NCBI GenBank assembly: GCA_042584585.1
Contig: JBHOSQ010000003.1
Location: 39,644-103,643, forward strand
Source of the DNA: an archaeon
GTDB taxonomy: Archaea > B1Sed10-29 > WALL01
DNA: 64,000 nucleotides
Reading direction: 5' to 3'
Shown here: one piece after another, positions 8,345 through 16,333 of the stretch
Layout: the number at the start of each line of letters is the position of its first letter
How positions within the stretch are numbered: the first letter of the stretch is position 1
Translations under genes and position numbers: made by a program
Notes under the pieces: generated by a model
Seen by the model: the letters and a program-made list of their open reading frames with translations, nothing else
Told to the model about the DNA's origin: nothing
Database searches by the model: none

Positions 8345-9357
8345 AGAAGGGATTCGTGTTTTCGCTCTTGATTACTCTCTTGCTGGGATTCTTCATGCTT
8401 ACGGCGCAGTACTACCTTCTGGATCGGCCGGAGAGAAGCATATCCACGACGTTCAAGGTAACGAAGGAACTGGTGACTGGCGGCGTTGCCGCCGACATGG
8501 CGACAGATTTTCCGGCAGTGCATCGGGGGGCGCACATGGTTGTGACAGAGTCGATGCCGTCCAGCGGGTTGGACACGGGGGTTACGCTGTGGAGTGGCTT
8601 TCTCACGATTTACGAGAACAGCACGTTCCACAACGTGAGCATTGACACGACCAACTCTTCCACGCTGTCGACGAAGCTGTGGCTCGCGGGCAACGGGACT
8701 GATTACGTGCGTGACGGCAGCTCGTTTTCGCTCAGCCACACGGGGGGTTATCTGCTCGTCAATGACACTATGGACCTGAGCTTGAACTACAGCAGCTGCA
8801 GCCTTGACGCGGGAGGCAGTGTTGAAACGCGAATTATCCTCGGCCCGTTCGACACTGGAGTAAAATACACGACGCCGGGCAGCAGCTACTCGTGCTTCGT
8901 GAACTTCACAACAGGCGACGAGGTAAGCATAACGATTAACACGGCCAACACTCTGTCGATTGACTACTCGGGGTTTTCGGGGAACTACACGCAGCGCATT
9001 GGGTTCGACGGGCCGGAAAACCTTTACGTTGTTTTTGACAAGTATAACGTTACGCTTGGCGCGACCCAGGGGTGGACTGAGGAGTTCCCGGGCACCAAGA
9101 AGTACGGTGTCGTTGGGGGCATGAACTTTGTTGTGGCGGACATTGACAACGACACGAATTACGATTACGCGTTCGCGGACGTGGGGGCGGACACGCTCTT
9201 CAACTCAACGGACGACCGCTGGTACCTCAAGGAAGGCACTGTGGGGCTTGGCGGCAAAGTGTTTTATATTCGCTTTGATTTAGCTGGTAATTGGCTGGTG
9301 CTGTATAACGCACTTGGCGTGAGCTCCCTTAACTCTTGGAGAGGGGTGGTGTTGTAA
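8341..9357 (+). CDS. Large pilin-like protein (class III signal peptide), N-glycosylation-sequon rich
   Basis: MKKGFVFSLLITLLLGFFML at the N-terminus; 338 aa. Sequons include NSTF, NVSI, NSST, NGTD, NDTM, NYSS, NFTT, NYTQ, NVTL, NDTN and NSTD. ATGA overlap with the upstream gene. Confidence 0.7.
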   Translation: MKKGFVFSLLITLLLGFFMLTAQYYLLDRPERSISTTFKVTKELVTGGVAADMATDFPAVHRGAHMVVTESMPSSGLDTGVTLWSGFLTIYENSTFHNVSIDTTNSSTLSTKLWLAGNGTDYVRDGSSFSLSHTGGYLLVNDTMDLSLNYSSCSLDAGGSVETRIILGPFDTGVKYTTPGSSYSCFVNFTTGDEVSITINTANTLSIDYSGFSGNYTQRIGFDGPENLYVVFDKYNVTLGATQGWTEEFPGTKKYGVVGGMNFVVADIDNDTNYDYAFADVGADTLFNSTDDRWYLKEGTVGLGGKVFYIRFDLAGNWLVLYNALGVSSLNSWRGVVL

Positions 9358-9572
9358 TGGAAAAGAGGATTGAAACACAGGCGGACGACTTGCTGATGAT
9401 GCTCAGGAGGGAAAAGCGCATGAGTGTGCCGCAGCTCCAGAAGGCGCTCGGCGTTGAGTCGATGCTTCTGGAAAAATGGATTACAATATTTGAGGCGAAC
9501 GGGACGGTTGACCTGATTTATCCTGCCAACCCGATTGACCCGCCGTACGTGGTGATTAAGCATGACAAGTAA
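9357..9572 (+). CDS. Small hypothetical protein, possible winged-helix fold
   Basis: I chose ATG at 9357 (TAATG overlap with the upstream stop), giving MEKRIETQADDLLMMLRREKRMSVPQLQKALGVESMLLEKWITIFEANGTVDLIY. The helix-turn-helix-like pattern is a guess from sequence only. Confidence 0.45.
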   Translation: MEKRIETQADDLLMMLRREKRMSVPQLQKALGVESMLLEKWITIFEANGTVDLIYPANPIDPPYVVIKHDK

Positions 9573-11004
9573 GGACCCTAAAGAGTTGGACCCGCTGAAG
9601 GAGTTTGACGAGACAATCGGCGCGATGGACAAGCGGATTGCCGGGATGAAGGATCGCGGCTACTTGCCTAAGTACCTCGAAAAGCTCAAGGACCGGAGAG
9701 GTGAGCTTGTTTACGCTCTGAACCAGGGGGACAAGGAAAAGGCGGCCGAGATAATCGACTTGGCGATTGAGTTCGGCAAGGAAATCAACAAGATGAAGGA
9801 CGTGAAGCCCGCGCCACTGGGGTTCGTCAAGTCATTGATACCGAAGCGCAGGAAAAAGATTGAAGCCGCGCCCAAGAAGGAAGTGGTGGAAGCGAAGAAA
9901 GTGGTTGCCGAGAACACGAAGGTGTACGACAGCGAGCTGAACATGCTCACGGTCGAGCTGGCGAAGAGAGAGGTCGAGCTCGAGGGCCTGAAGGGCGCCT
10001 ACGCCAATTTATCCGCCGAGATGGGTGAGATGAGGCGGAAGATGGAGGAGAAGGAGGCAAAGGACGTCAAGGCGCTGTCGGCGCAGATTGTCGAGCTGAA
10101 GAAGGGCTTGGACGGCATGCACGGCACCATGGCCACGGAATTCAAGAACGGGAAGGCGGCTTACACTGATTTCGGGTCGGAATTGTTGAGCCTCGCGATA
10201 AAGGTGTCGGAGCTCGAGGACTTGATTGAGTCCGGTGACCTGGTGACTGAGGTCGACGTGATTGAACTGAACCACGCAGTGGGCTCGCTCGAGAAAAAGC
10301 TGGTCTTGGTCGAGGCCAGGCAAAAGACGGAGCGGCTTGCGTTGCTGGACAAGGTCCAAAACGACCAAAAGAAAATGATGAAGCAGCTGGCGGGCAAGGC
10401 GGACACACAGAAGATGGTGTCCGCGATGAAGCAGTACGTCAGCGAAATCAAGCACGACGTCGCGGAACAGGAGACGCGCCTGGCCGCAGAGATGCAGGTG
10501 GAGCTCAAGAGCTCTTACTACACGCTGGACCAGAAGCTCAAGAAGCTTGAGAAGGCATTGGGCAAGGCACGGACCAAAAAAGACTTGGTGTCTGTCCAGG
10601 CAAAGGTAGAGGAATTGGGCAAGCACGTCGAGAAGGTGCGGGGGGAGGAGATGCGGCTGAAGCGCGAGATGGACCAGCAGCACTTGAGCGACGACGCCAT
10701 CCTGCAGCGGATTAACAGCGTGTCGGAGCGCGTGAGGAAGAGCGGAGAAATGGACTCGCTCGCGATTGCGGACGTGTACAAGACGATTGACGCGCTTGAG
10801 GCGCAGGTGAGCATGAGTGACGCCGAAAGCAAGAAGGCCAAGGCAATGGCGCGGTCGATTAGCGCCATCAAGAAAGACTTGTCCGTGATAGAGGGCGAGG
10901 CGGAAGATGTTTCCCCGAAGGGCAAGCGCAAACCGTCTTCGGCGAAGCCGAAGACAAGGGCTAAGGCTGTCAAGAAAAAAGCCAAGGCGAAGAAAAGGCT
11001 GTGA
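9562..11004 (+). CDS. 480-aa K/E-rich coiled-coil protein with lysine-rich C-terminal tail, no TM segment
   Basis: Heptad-like K/E/L/A composition throughout. The tail is KGKRKPSSAKPKTRAKAVKKKAKAKKRL. Overlaps the upstream gene by 11 nt. No family recognised. Confidence 0.7.
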   Translation: MTSKDPKELDPLKEFDETIGAMDKRIAGMKDRGYLPKYLEKLKDRRGELVYALNQGDKEKAAEIIDLAIEFGKEINKMKDVKPAPLGFVKSLIPKRRKKIEAAPKKEVVEAKKVVAENTKVYDSELNMLTVELAKREVELEGLKGAYANLSAEMGEMRRKMEEKEAKDVKALSAQIVELKKGLDGMHGTMATEFKNGKAAYTDFGSELLSLAIKVSELEDLIESGDLVTEVDVIELNHAVGSLEKKLVLVEARQKTERLALLDKVQNDQKKMMKQLAGKADTQKMVSAMKQYVSEIKHDVAEQETRLAAEMQVELKSSYYTLDQKLKKLEKALGKARTKKDLVSVQAKVEELGKHVEKVRGEEMRLKREMDQQHLSDDAILQRINSVSERVRKSGEMDSLAIADVYKTIDALEAQVSMSDAESKKAKAMARSISAIKKDLSVIEGEAEDVSPKGKRKPSSAKPKTRAKAVKKKAKAKKRL

Positions 11005-11087
11005 AGAAAGCAAAGAAAAAGGCGAGCAAACGGTCTTCGACAAAGCCTAAGCCAAAGAAAAAGTTGTTCGGACTCCTCGGTGGTTAA

Positions 11088-11357
11088 ATGGAAGAAGTTG
11101 CGTACGGTGACAGTGAAAGGGTCAAGGAAGTGAAGGCCTGGCTAAAGAAAGGCATGAAGATAGCCGAGGTGCGCGAGAAACTGGAAAAGTTTGGGTACAG
11201 CAGCTATCACGTCGCGTTTTTGCTTGAGGAGGCGACCGGCAAGTCGTTCGTGCCGGCGAAGCCCATTGTGTTGATTGACACCACGAAGGTCAAGGCTGTG
11301 GTGATAATTGCCGTGGTCGCGGTAATCGCGTTCGTGTTGGTAACTTGGGTCCTGTAG
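11088..11357 (+). CDS. Small C-terminally membrane-anchored hypothetical protein
   Basis: 89 aa: a helical N-terminal domain followed by the TM segment AVVIIAVVAVIAFVLVTWVL. Lies immediately upstream of the secretion ATPase. Confidence 0.5.
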   Translation: MEEVAYGDSERVKEVKAWLKKGMKIAEVREKLEKFGYSSYHVAFLLEEATGKSFVPAKPIVLIDTTKVKAVVIIAVVAVIAFVLVTWVL

Positions 11358-11368
11358 GTGAATGAAAA

Positions 11369-13057
11369 ATGGTGACTGTTGACGAGCTGAAAAAGGCTTT
11401 GGAGGAGCTTGAGGAGAGCAAGAAAAACCTCAAGGGGAAGAAAAAGCGGGTGGAGAAGAAAATAGGTCCACTCAAGGAAGTCAAGCTCTCCAAGAAAGTC
11501 AAGGCCATGAAGGCCCAGGACTTGCCTGGCAGCGAGGTCTACGTCGCGACGCACTACGAGGGCAAGCTCATGAACGAGTATAACCTCACGACCGAGCGCA
11601 TCCCAGTCAACATAAAGATTGTGAGGCCGCCGAGCGGCTACAACCCGGTGTATGATGTTTACCTCCCTGACATCGGGGAGGGAACGTGGATTATGCTCAA
11701 GAAAATCCGCAACGAGATAACATCCGAGGTCGGCATCCGTGGCAGGGAAATCCTGGACGTGAAGCTGCAGAAGACCATTGAGGCAAAGTTCCGGGAGAGC
11801 GCGACCAAGAAGCTGATTAAGTACTTGCCCAAGACCGACGAGAAGTCATTGGTCGTGCTCACGGAGTACTTGATTAACGACATGCTTGGCCTTGGAAAGC
11901 TTGAGCTGTTGCTTGACGACGACGGGCTCGAAGAAATCGTGATTAACTCGTCGAAGGAGCCGGTGTGGGTCTACCACAAGATGCACGGCTGGCTCAAGAC
12001 CAACCTGATGGTCGAGGACGACGCGCAGATTGCGGACTACGCCAACGCCATTGGAAGGCGGGCGGAGAGGCAGATAAACACATTAAACCCATTGATGGAC
12101 GCGCACCTCAGCACAGGGGAGCGTGTCAACGCGACGCTGCTGCCGATTTCGACTGACGGCAACACCATAACAATCCGGAAGTTTTCGCACGACCCGTGGA
12201 CCATCACAGGGTTCATAGAGAACAAGACGGTTGACTCCAAGATTGCCGCGCTGCTGTGGACCGCGATGCAGTACGAGCTGAACATGATTGTCGCGGGTGG
12301 CACGGCAAGCGGAAAAACGTCGATGCTTAACTCGATGACCCCGTTCCTTCCGCCGAACCACCGGATCATATCGATTGAGGACACGAGGGAATTGAGGCTG
12401 CCGAGCTACCTGCACTGGGTGCCGATGGTGACGCGCCAGCCCAACCCCGAGGGCAAGGGCGGGGTCAGCATGCTTGACCTCATGGTGAACTCCCTGCGTA
12501 TGAGGCCAGACCGCGTGATAGTGGGTGAAATCAGGCGGCACGACGAGGCCGAAGTGTTGTTCGAGGCCATGCACACGGGGCACAGTGTTTACTCGACGCT
12601 TCACGCCAACACAGCCGACGAGGTTCGGCGGCGGCTGGTGACGCCTCCGCTGAGCATTCCCGAGACGCTGATGGAGTCTTTGCACTTGGTTAGTGTGCAG
12701 TTCAGGCACAGGAAGCTTGGGATTAGGCGGGTGCTTGAGATTGCGGAAGTGCTGCCGAGCGCTGAGGGTACGGTGTCGTTCAGGACGATTTACAAGTGGC
12801 GCGCGGGGCAGGACACGTTCGGGAAGCTCAAGGACTCTGTGCGCGTGATTCCAGAGATACAGCTGTTCACTGGCATGAGCCTCAGGGAGATAAACGAGGA
12901 GCTGAAGCAAAAGGAAAGCGTGCTGGACTGGCTTGTGAAGAACAAGGTCAACAGCACCGACCAGATTGGCAAGATAATAAGCGAGTATTACATCAATGAG
13001 GACGTAGTTGTCGGGGCAATGAAGAAGAACAAGGACCCGCAAGAGCTGATGAGATAA
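11369..13057 (+). CDS. Type IV pilus / archaellum-family assembly ATPase (FlaI/PilB/GspE/VirB11 superfamily)
   Basis: Walker A is AGGTASGKTSMLNSM. Other motifs are IISIEDTRELRL, RPDRVIVGEIRRHDEAEVLFEAMHTGHSVYSTLHANTADE and NTITIRKF. There is a K-rich coiled N-terminal extension. Confidence 0.9.
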   Translation: MVTVDELKKALEELEESKKNLKGKKKRVEKKIGPLKEVKLSKKVKAMKAQDLPGSEVYVATHYEGKLMNEYNLTTERIPVNIKIVRPPSGYNPVYDVYLPDIGEGTWIMLKKIRNEITSEVGIRGREILDVKLQKTIEAKFRESATKKLIKYLPKTDEKSLVVLTEYLINDMLGLGKLELLLDDDGLEEIVINSSKEPVWVYHKMHGWLKTNLMVEDDAQIADYANAIGRRAERQINTLNPLMDAHLSTGERVNATLLPISTDGNTITIRKFSHDPWTITGFIENKTVDSKIAALLWTAMQYELNMIVAGGTASGKTSMLNSMTPFLPPNHRIISIEDTRELRLPSYLHWVPMVTRQPNPEGKGGVSMLDLMVNSLRMRPDRVIVGEIRRHDEAEVLFEAMHTGHSVYSTLHANTADEVRRRLVTPPLSIPETLMESLHLVSVQFRHRKLGIRRVLEIAEVLPSAEGTVSFRTIYKWRAGQDTFGKLKDSVRVIPEIQLFTGMSLREINEELKQKESVLDWLVKNKVNSTDQIGKIISEYYINEDVVVGAMKKNKDPQELMR

Positions 13058-13941
13058 TGGATGACTACCTTCCGCCACTGCCCATGCCCCGGGACCGGGC
13101 GCTGAAGCTAGCAGGTTCGCTGGCGTTCATTGGGTACCAGGTGACGAGGATTCAGCCCGCCATAATCTCTGACCTTGCCGAGGCGGAAATGAAGTGGGAC
13201 CCTTCAGAGTACGCGACACTGGCGGTTATCTCGGCGCTGTACCAGGCAGTCCTTATCATGGGGCTGATGGCGGTGCTGGGCTACGTCATGCAGGACTGGG
13301 ACGTTGCGCTTTATGGCGTGGGAGTGGGCCTCGTGTTCGGGGGATTCATGTTCATGCGCGCCTTGTTTTACCCGTCCTACACGGTAAGGCGAAGGGTCCG
13401 CGAAATAGAAAAGAACTTCTTGTATGCCTTGAGGCACATGCTCATCCAGGTGATGGGCGGGACGCCCGTGTTCAACTCCATGGTGAGCATTTCCGAGGTT
13501 GGGTACGGGGAAATATCCGACGAGTTCCTGAGGGTGGTCCGCGAGATTAACTCGGGGCATTCGATGACTGACGCGCTTGAGGCCATGGCGCTGCGGAACC
13601 CATCCATTTACCTGCGGCGGATGATTTGGCAGATTGTGAACGCGCTGCGCACGGGGAGCGACATGGGCGAGACGCTGCGCGTGGTCGTGGAACAGTTCAC
13701 TGCCGAGCAGCGCGTGCTGCTCCAGAAGTTCTCGAAAGAGCTTGGGCCGTGGGCAATGATGTACATGATGGTGACAGTGATCTTCCCGACGCTTGGGATA
13801 ACCCTGTTCCTCATCCTTTCGTCGCTGTCGTCCATGCAGCTCAACGAGACCATGCTGTTGTCGTTCGTGATTATTTCGATTGTCATCCAGTACTTTTTCA
13901 TCCAGTTCCTGAAGACAAAGAGGCCGGTGATGAGGTGGTAG
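13057..13941 (+). CDS. Pilus platform membrane protein with one T2SF (GspF/TadB/TadC/FlaJ-type) domain
   Basis: FLYALRHMLIQVMGGTPVFNSMVSISEV.YGEISDEFLRVVREINSGHSMTDALEAMALRNPSIYLRRMIWQIVNALRTGSDMGETL, flanked by TM helices. TAATG overlap with the ATPase gene. Confidence 0.8.
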   Translation: MDDYLPPLPMPRDRALKLAGSLAFIGYQVTRIQPAIISDLAEAEMKWDPSEYATLAVISALYQAVLIMGLMAVLGYVMQDWDVALYGVGVGLVFGGFMFMRALFYPSYTVRRRVREIEKNFLYALRHMLIQVMGGTPVFNSMVSISEVGYGEISDEFLRVVREINSGHSMTDALEAMALRNPSIYLRRMIWQIVNALRTGSDMGETLRVVVEQFTAEQRVLLQKFSKELGPWAMMYMMVTVIFPTLGITLFLILSSLSSMQLNETMLLSFVIISIVIQYFFIQFLKTKRPVMRW

Positions 13942-14002
13942 CATAGAAACTTTCCAGGAAAGGGTCGCGAACCTCCTCGAGCGGAACCTCCCCAAGTTCC
14001 TC

Positions 14003-14971
14003 GTGGACGCAACGAACCAGGCATTGGTTTACGCAGGCATGGAAATGCGCCCGGGCCGCTGGCTCATGTTCTCGATAGCAAACTCTTTCCTGCTTGGCTT
14101 CGCCGTGGCAGTCGGCATACAGGCGTTCCTCGGGGAGGAGCTGCCAATGCTGTTCATAGGCGGGACAACGCTCTTCATTGGGGGGGCGTTCATCGGCGTG
14201 TTCCACAATATCCTGGTCTACTACGGGGGCAGGAGGGCGCTGCAGATAGAGCTGATGCTTCCGGACGCGCTGCAGCTGATTGCCGCGAACATTCGCGCAG
14301 ACATCCCAATCCACAAGTCCCTGTTGCTGGCTGCCAGGCCGGAATTCGGGCTGTTGGCCCAGGAAATAGAGAAAGTGGGGAACAGCATCCTAGGGGGAAT
14401 GCCGACGAGCAAGGCATTCACCGCGTTCGGGCTGCGCGTCAAGTCCCCAATGATTAGGAGGATTACGACGCTCATGGAGGAGGGCCTGCGGTCCGGGCAC
14501 GATTTGGCGGGCATGCTTGACCAGGTCGCGTATGACCTTCGGGTGTTCAAGATACTGGACGAGGAGGCCAAGGCCAACATCGGGTCCTACGTGATTTTCA
14601 TTGTTATGGCCGTGCTGGTTATTGCCCCGGTGCTGTACTCCATCTCAATTTCGTTCATTAGCCTGAACGAGCAGGTTAAAGAGACGCTGAACATTGGGGA
14701 ATTGGTGAGCCAGGTGTCGGTTGGGAGCAGCTCGACGCTCGTGGGCCTCGTGTCGGGGGACAGCGGGGTGAGTTCGGATACCCTGGCGTTTTTCGCGGCG
14801 CTTAACCTGGCGGCGAGCGCCGGCATAGCCGCCATACTGGTTTCCGTGCTTGAGACGGGCGAAGCGCTGCAGAAAATGCCGTATATCCCCACGTTTATAG
14901 TCGTGGCGGAGGCGATTTTCTTTGTCACACTCACGGTTTTGAGGATTGTATTGGGCGGAATCTTCGCTTAA
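14003..14971 (+). CDS. Second pilus platform membrane protein with one T2SF domain (start uncertain)
   Basis: LPDALQLIAANIRADIPIHKSLLLAARPEFGLLAQEIEKVGNSILGGMPTSKAFTAFGLRVKSPMIRRITTLMEEGLRSGHDLAGMLDQVAYDL. Its frame is open from 13934, upstream of the GTG at 14003. Confidence 0.75.
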   Translation: MDATNQALVYAGMEMRPGRWLMFSIANSFLLGFAVAVGIQAFLGEELPMLFIGGTTLFIGGAFIGVFHNILVYYGGRRALQIELMLPDALQLIAANIRADIPIHKSLLLAARPEFGLLAQEIEKVGNSILGGMPTSKAFTAFGLRVKSPMIRRITTLMEEGLRSGHDLAGMLDQVAYDLRVFKILDEEAKANIGSYVIFIVMAVLVIAPVLYSISISFISLNEQVKETLNIGELVSQVSVGSSSTLVGLVSGDSGVSSDTLAFFAALNLAASAGIAAILVSVLETGEALQKMPYIPTFIVVAEAIFFVTLTVLRIVLGGIFA

Positions 14972-14983
14972 AAAACCACAATC

Positions 14984-14991
14984 TTTATAAA
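14984..14991 (+). promoter_or_regulatory. TATA box (tttataaa) for the small pilin gene; GGAGG SD at 15025-15029
   Basis: tttataaa lies in a 65-bp intergenic spacer. GGAGG lies 7 nt upstream of ATG 15037. Confidence 0.45.
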
Positions 14992-15036
14992 TCGCTGTTC
15001 AGTAACAGGGGTAATTATCCTTTTGGAGGATTCAAC

Positions 15037-15489
15037 ATGAAAAAACGAGGACAAGGAGCAATGGAATACCTGATGACTTATGGGTGGGCAATACTTGTAG
15101 TCATCATTGTGGGAATAGTGCTTTGGCAGTCAGGTGTGTTTGGCACCGGTGCAGGCGGCGTAAGCGGCTTCAACCGTGTAAGGATTGAGGACCAAGCGTG
15201 GTCCAACACCACTGGATGGACAGCTAGCTACGAGAACGCAGCCGGCGGAACAATGAAGAAAGTCAACATAACATTGACTGGGGACCTCCCGCTCAATGGC
15301 AGTGTAGACGGCTACACAAACAACACTGGCACTAACTGGGCGCCTGGCAAGGAATACTTAATCTCCGCACCCAACGAATTTTGCCAAGAAGGCGAAGGAT
15401 ACGCCGTTGATGTAACGATTGAGTACGCATCCGAGGCTGGCATCACCCACACTGAAACAGGCACAGTCCGTGGCAAGTGCGAAGCATAA
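15037..15489 (+). CDS. Small pilin with class III signal peptide (candidate major pilin)
   Basis: MKKRGQGAMEYLMTYGWAILVVIIVGIVLW; 150 aa. It has its own promoter and SD, and is followed by a hairpin plus T-run. Confidence 0.8.
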   Translation: MKKRGQGAMEYLMTYGWAILVVIIVGIVLWQSGVFGTGAGGVSGFNRVRIEDQAWSNTTGWTASYENAAGGTMKKVNITLTGDLPLNGSVDGYTNNTGTNWAPGKEYLISAPNEFCQEGEGYAVDVTIEYASEAGITHTETGTVRGKCEA

Positions 15490-15517
15490 GGGCCTAAAAA
15501 GCCCTTAACCCCTTTTT
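15488..15517 (+). terminator. Hairpin (aagggc-N7-gccctt) followed by a T5 run
   Basis: AAGGGC (15488-15493) pairs with GCCCTT (15501-15506). ccccttttt follows directly after the pilin stop codon. Confidence 0.4.
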
Positions 15518-15549
15518 CTTATAGTTTTAAATAGCGTTGAGTGTTAACT

Positions 15550-16224
15550 ATGGCTGTGGAAGCAATAAAGACGGGAATTTCCGGGTTTGACGCGGTAACC
15601 GGTGGAGTGCCGAAGGGCCACACCCTGCTTTTGGCGGGCCCGACCGGGTCGTACACAGAGCTTTTTGGCCTGGAATTCCTTTACCGTGGGGCAATCCAGA
15701 AAGAAAACGTGGTTTACATCTCGTTCGAGAAGAAGGAAGAAGACCTGGTCGAGATGACTTCGGTCTTTGACTGGAACCTTTCGAATGTGATTGACGGCAA
15801 AAACTTCATTGTCATGAGCAGCGAGCTGTTCAACTACTCAAAATTCATTTCTTCGCTTGAGGACACGATTTTTTCGTACAAGGCGACGCGCCTCGTGCTG
15901 GACTCCATAAGCTTCCTCGGGGGGTTCTTTGACACCCCGTTCAAGTTCAGGACAAGCCTCGGCGAGCTCCGCACCATGCTGAACCGCCACGACTGCACAA
16001 GCATGCTGGTCTCGGAGTCGCGCGGCAATGAGTTAAGCCCGTACGGGGTCGAGGAATTCATCGCGGACGGCATAATCCAGCTGCACAACATAAAAAAGGG
16101 AAACAACGTGACCCACGCCCTGTCCGTCCCAGAAATGAGTGGAATGGAAATCAGCCCGAGGCTGTACCCGCTCGAGCTAACCAAAAAAGGGATGAAAGTG
16201 CGGGAAATCCCGTTGGTTCTCTAA
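15550..16224 (+). CDS. KaiC/RecA-like protein (paralog 4) with degenerate Walker A (predicted non-catalytic)
   Basis: MAVEAIKTGISGFDAVTGGVPKGHTLLLAGPTGSYTELFGLEFLYRGA. The P-loop reads AGPTGSYT instead of GxxGxGK[TS] (codons at 15637-15660). Walker B-like RLVLDSIS is retained. ttttaaat lies about 25 nt upstream of ATG 15550, suggesting a leaderless transcript. The track start GTG 15541 is in frame. Confidence 0.75.
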   Translation: MAVEAIKTGISGFDAVTGGVPKGHTLLLAGPTGSYTELFGLEFLYRGAIQKENVVYISFEKKEEDLVEMTSVFDWNLSNVIDGKNFIVMSSELFNYSKFISSLEDTIFSYKATRLVLDSISFLGGFFDTPFKFRTSLGELRTMLNRHDCTSMLVSESRGNELSPYGVEEFIADGIIQLHNIKKGNNVTHALSVPEMSGMEISPRLYPLELTKKGMKVREIPLVL

Positions 16225-16277
16225 ATAACAATCTAAAGCCTAGCCACAGCACAACTATTGAGCCCACCAGGACTATT

Positions 16278-16307
16278 GGGGGGTGACACCAATTGGTGTC
16301 ACCCCCC
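16278..16307. repeat. Perfect 30-bp palindrome GGGGGGTGACACCAATTGGTGTCACCCCCC between convergent genes
   Basis: Read directly from the sequence. It forms a 13-bp GC-rich stem plus an AATT centre. It lies 54 nt after the stop at 16224 (+) and 27 nt after the stop at 16334 (-). Confidence 0.9.
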
Positions 16308-16333
16308 GAGCTTAGTTGGTTTGCTTAGCTTGC

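Noticed and set aside
10009-11043. 344-aa minus-strand ORF
   Set aside because: It is antisense to the coiled-coil gene. Its L/R/H-rich low complexity mirrors the K/E codons on the sense strand.
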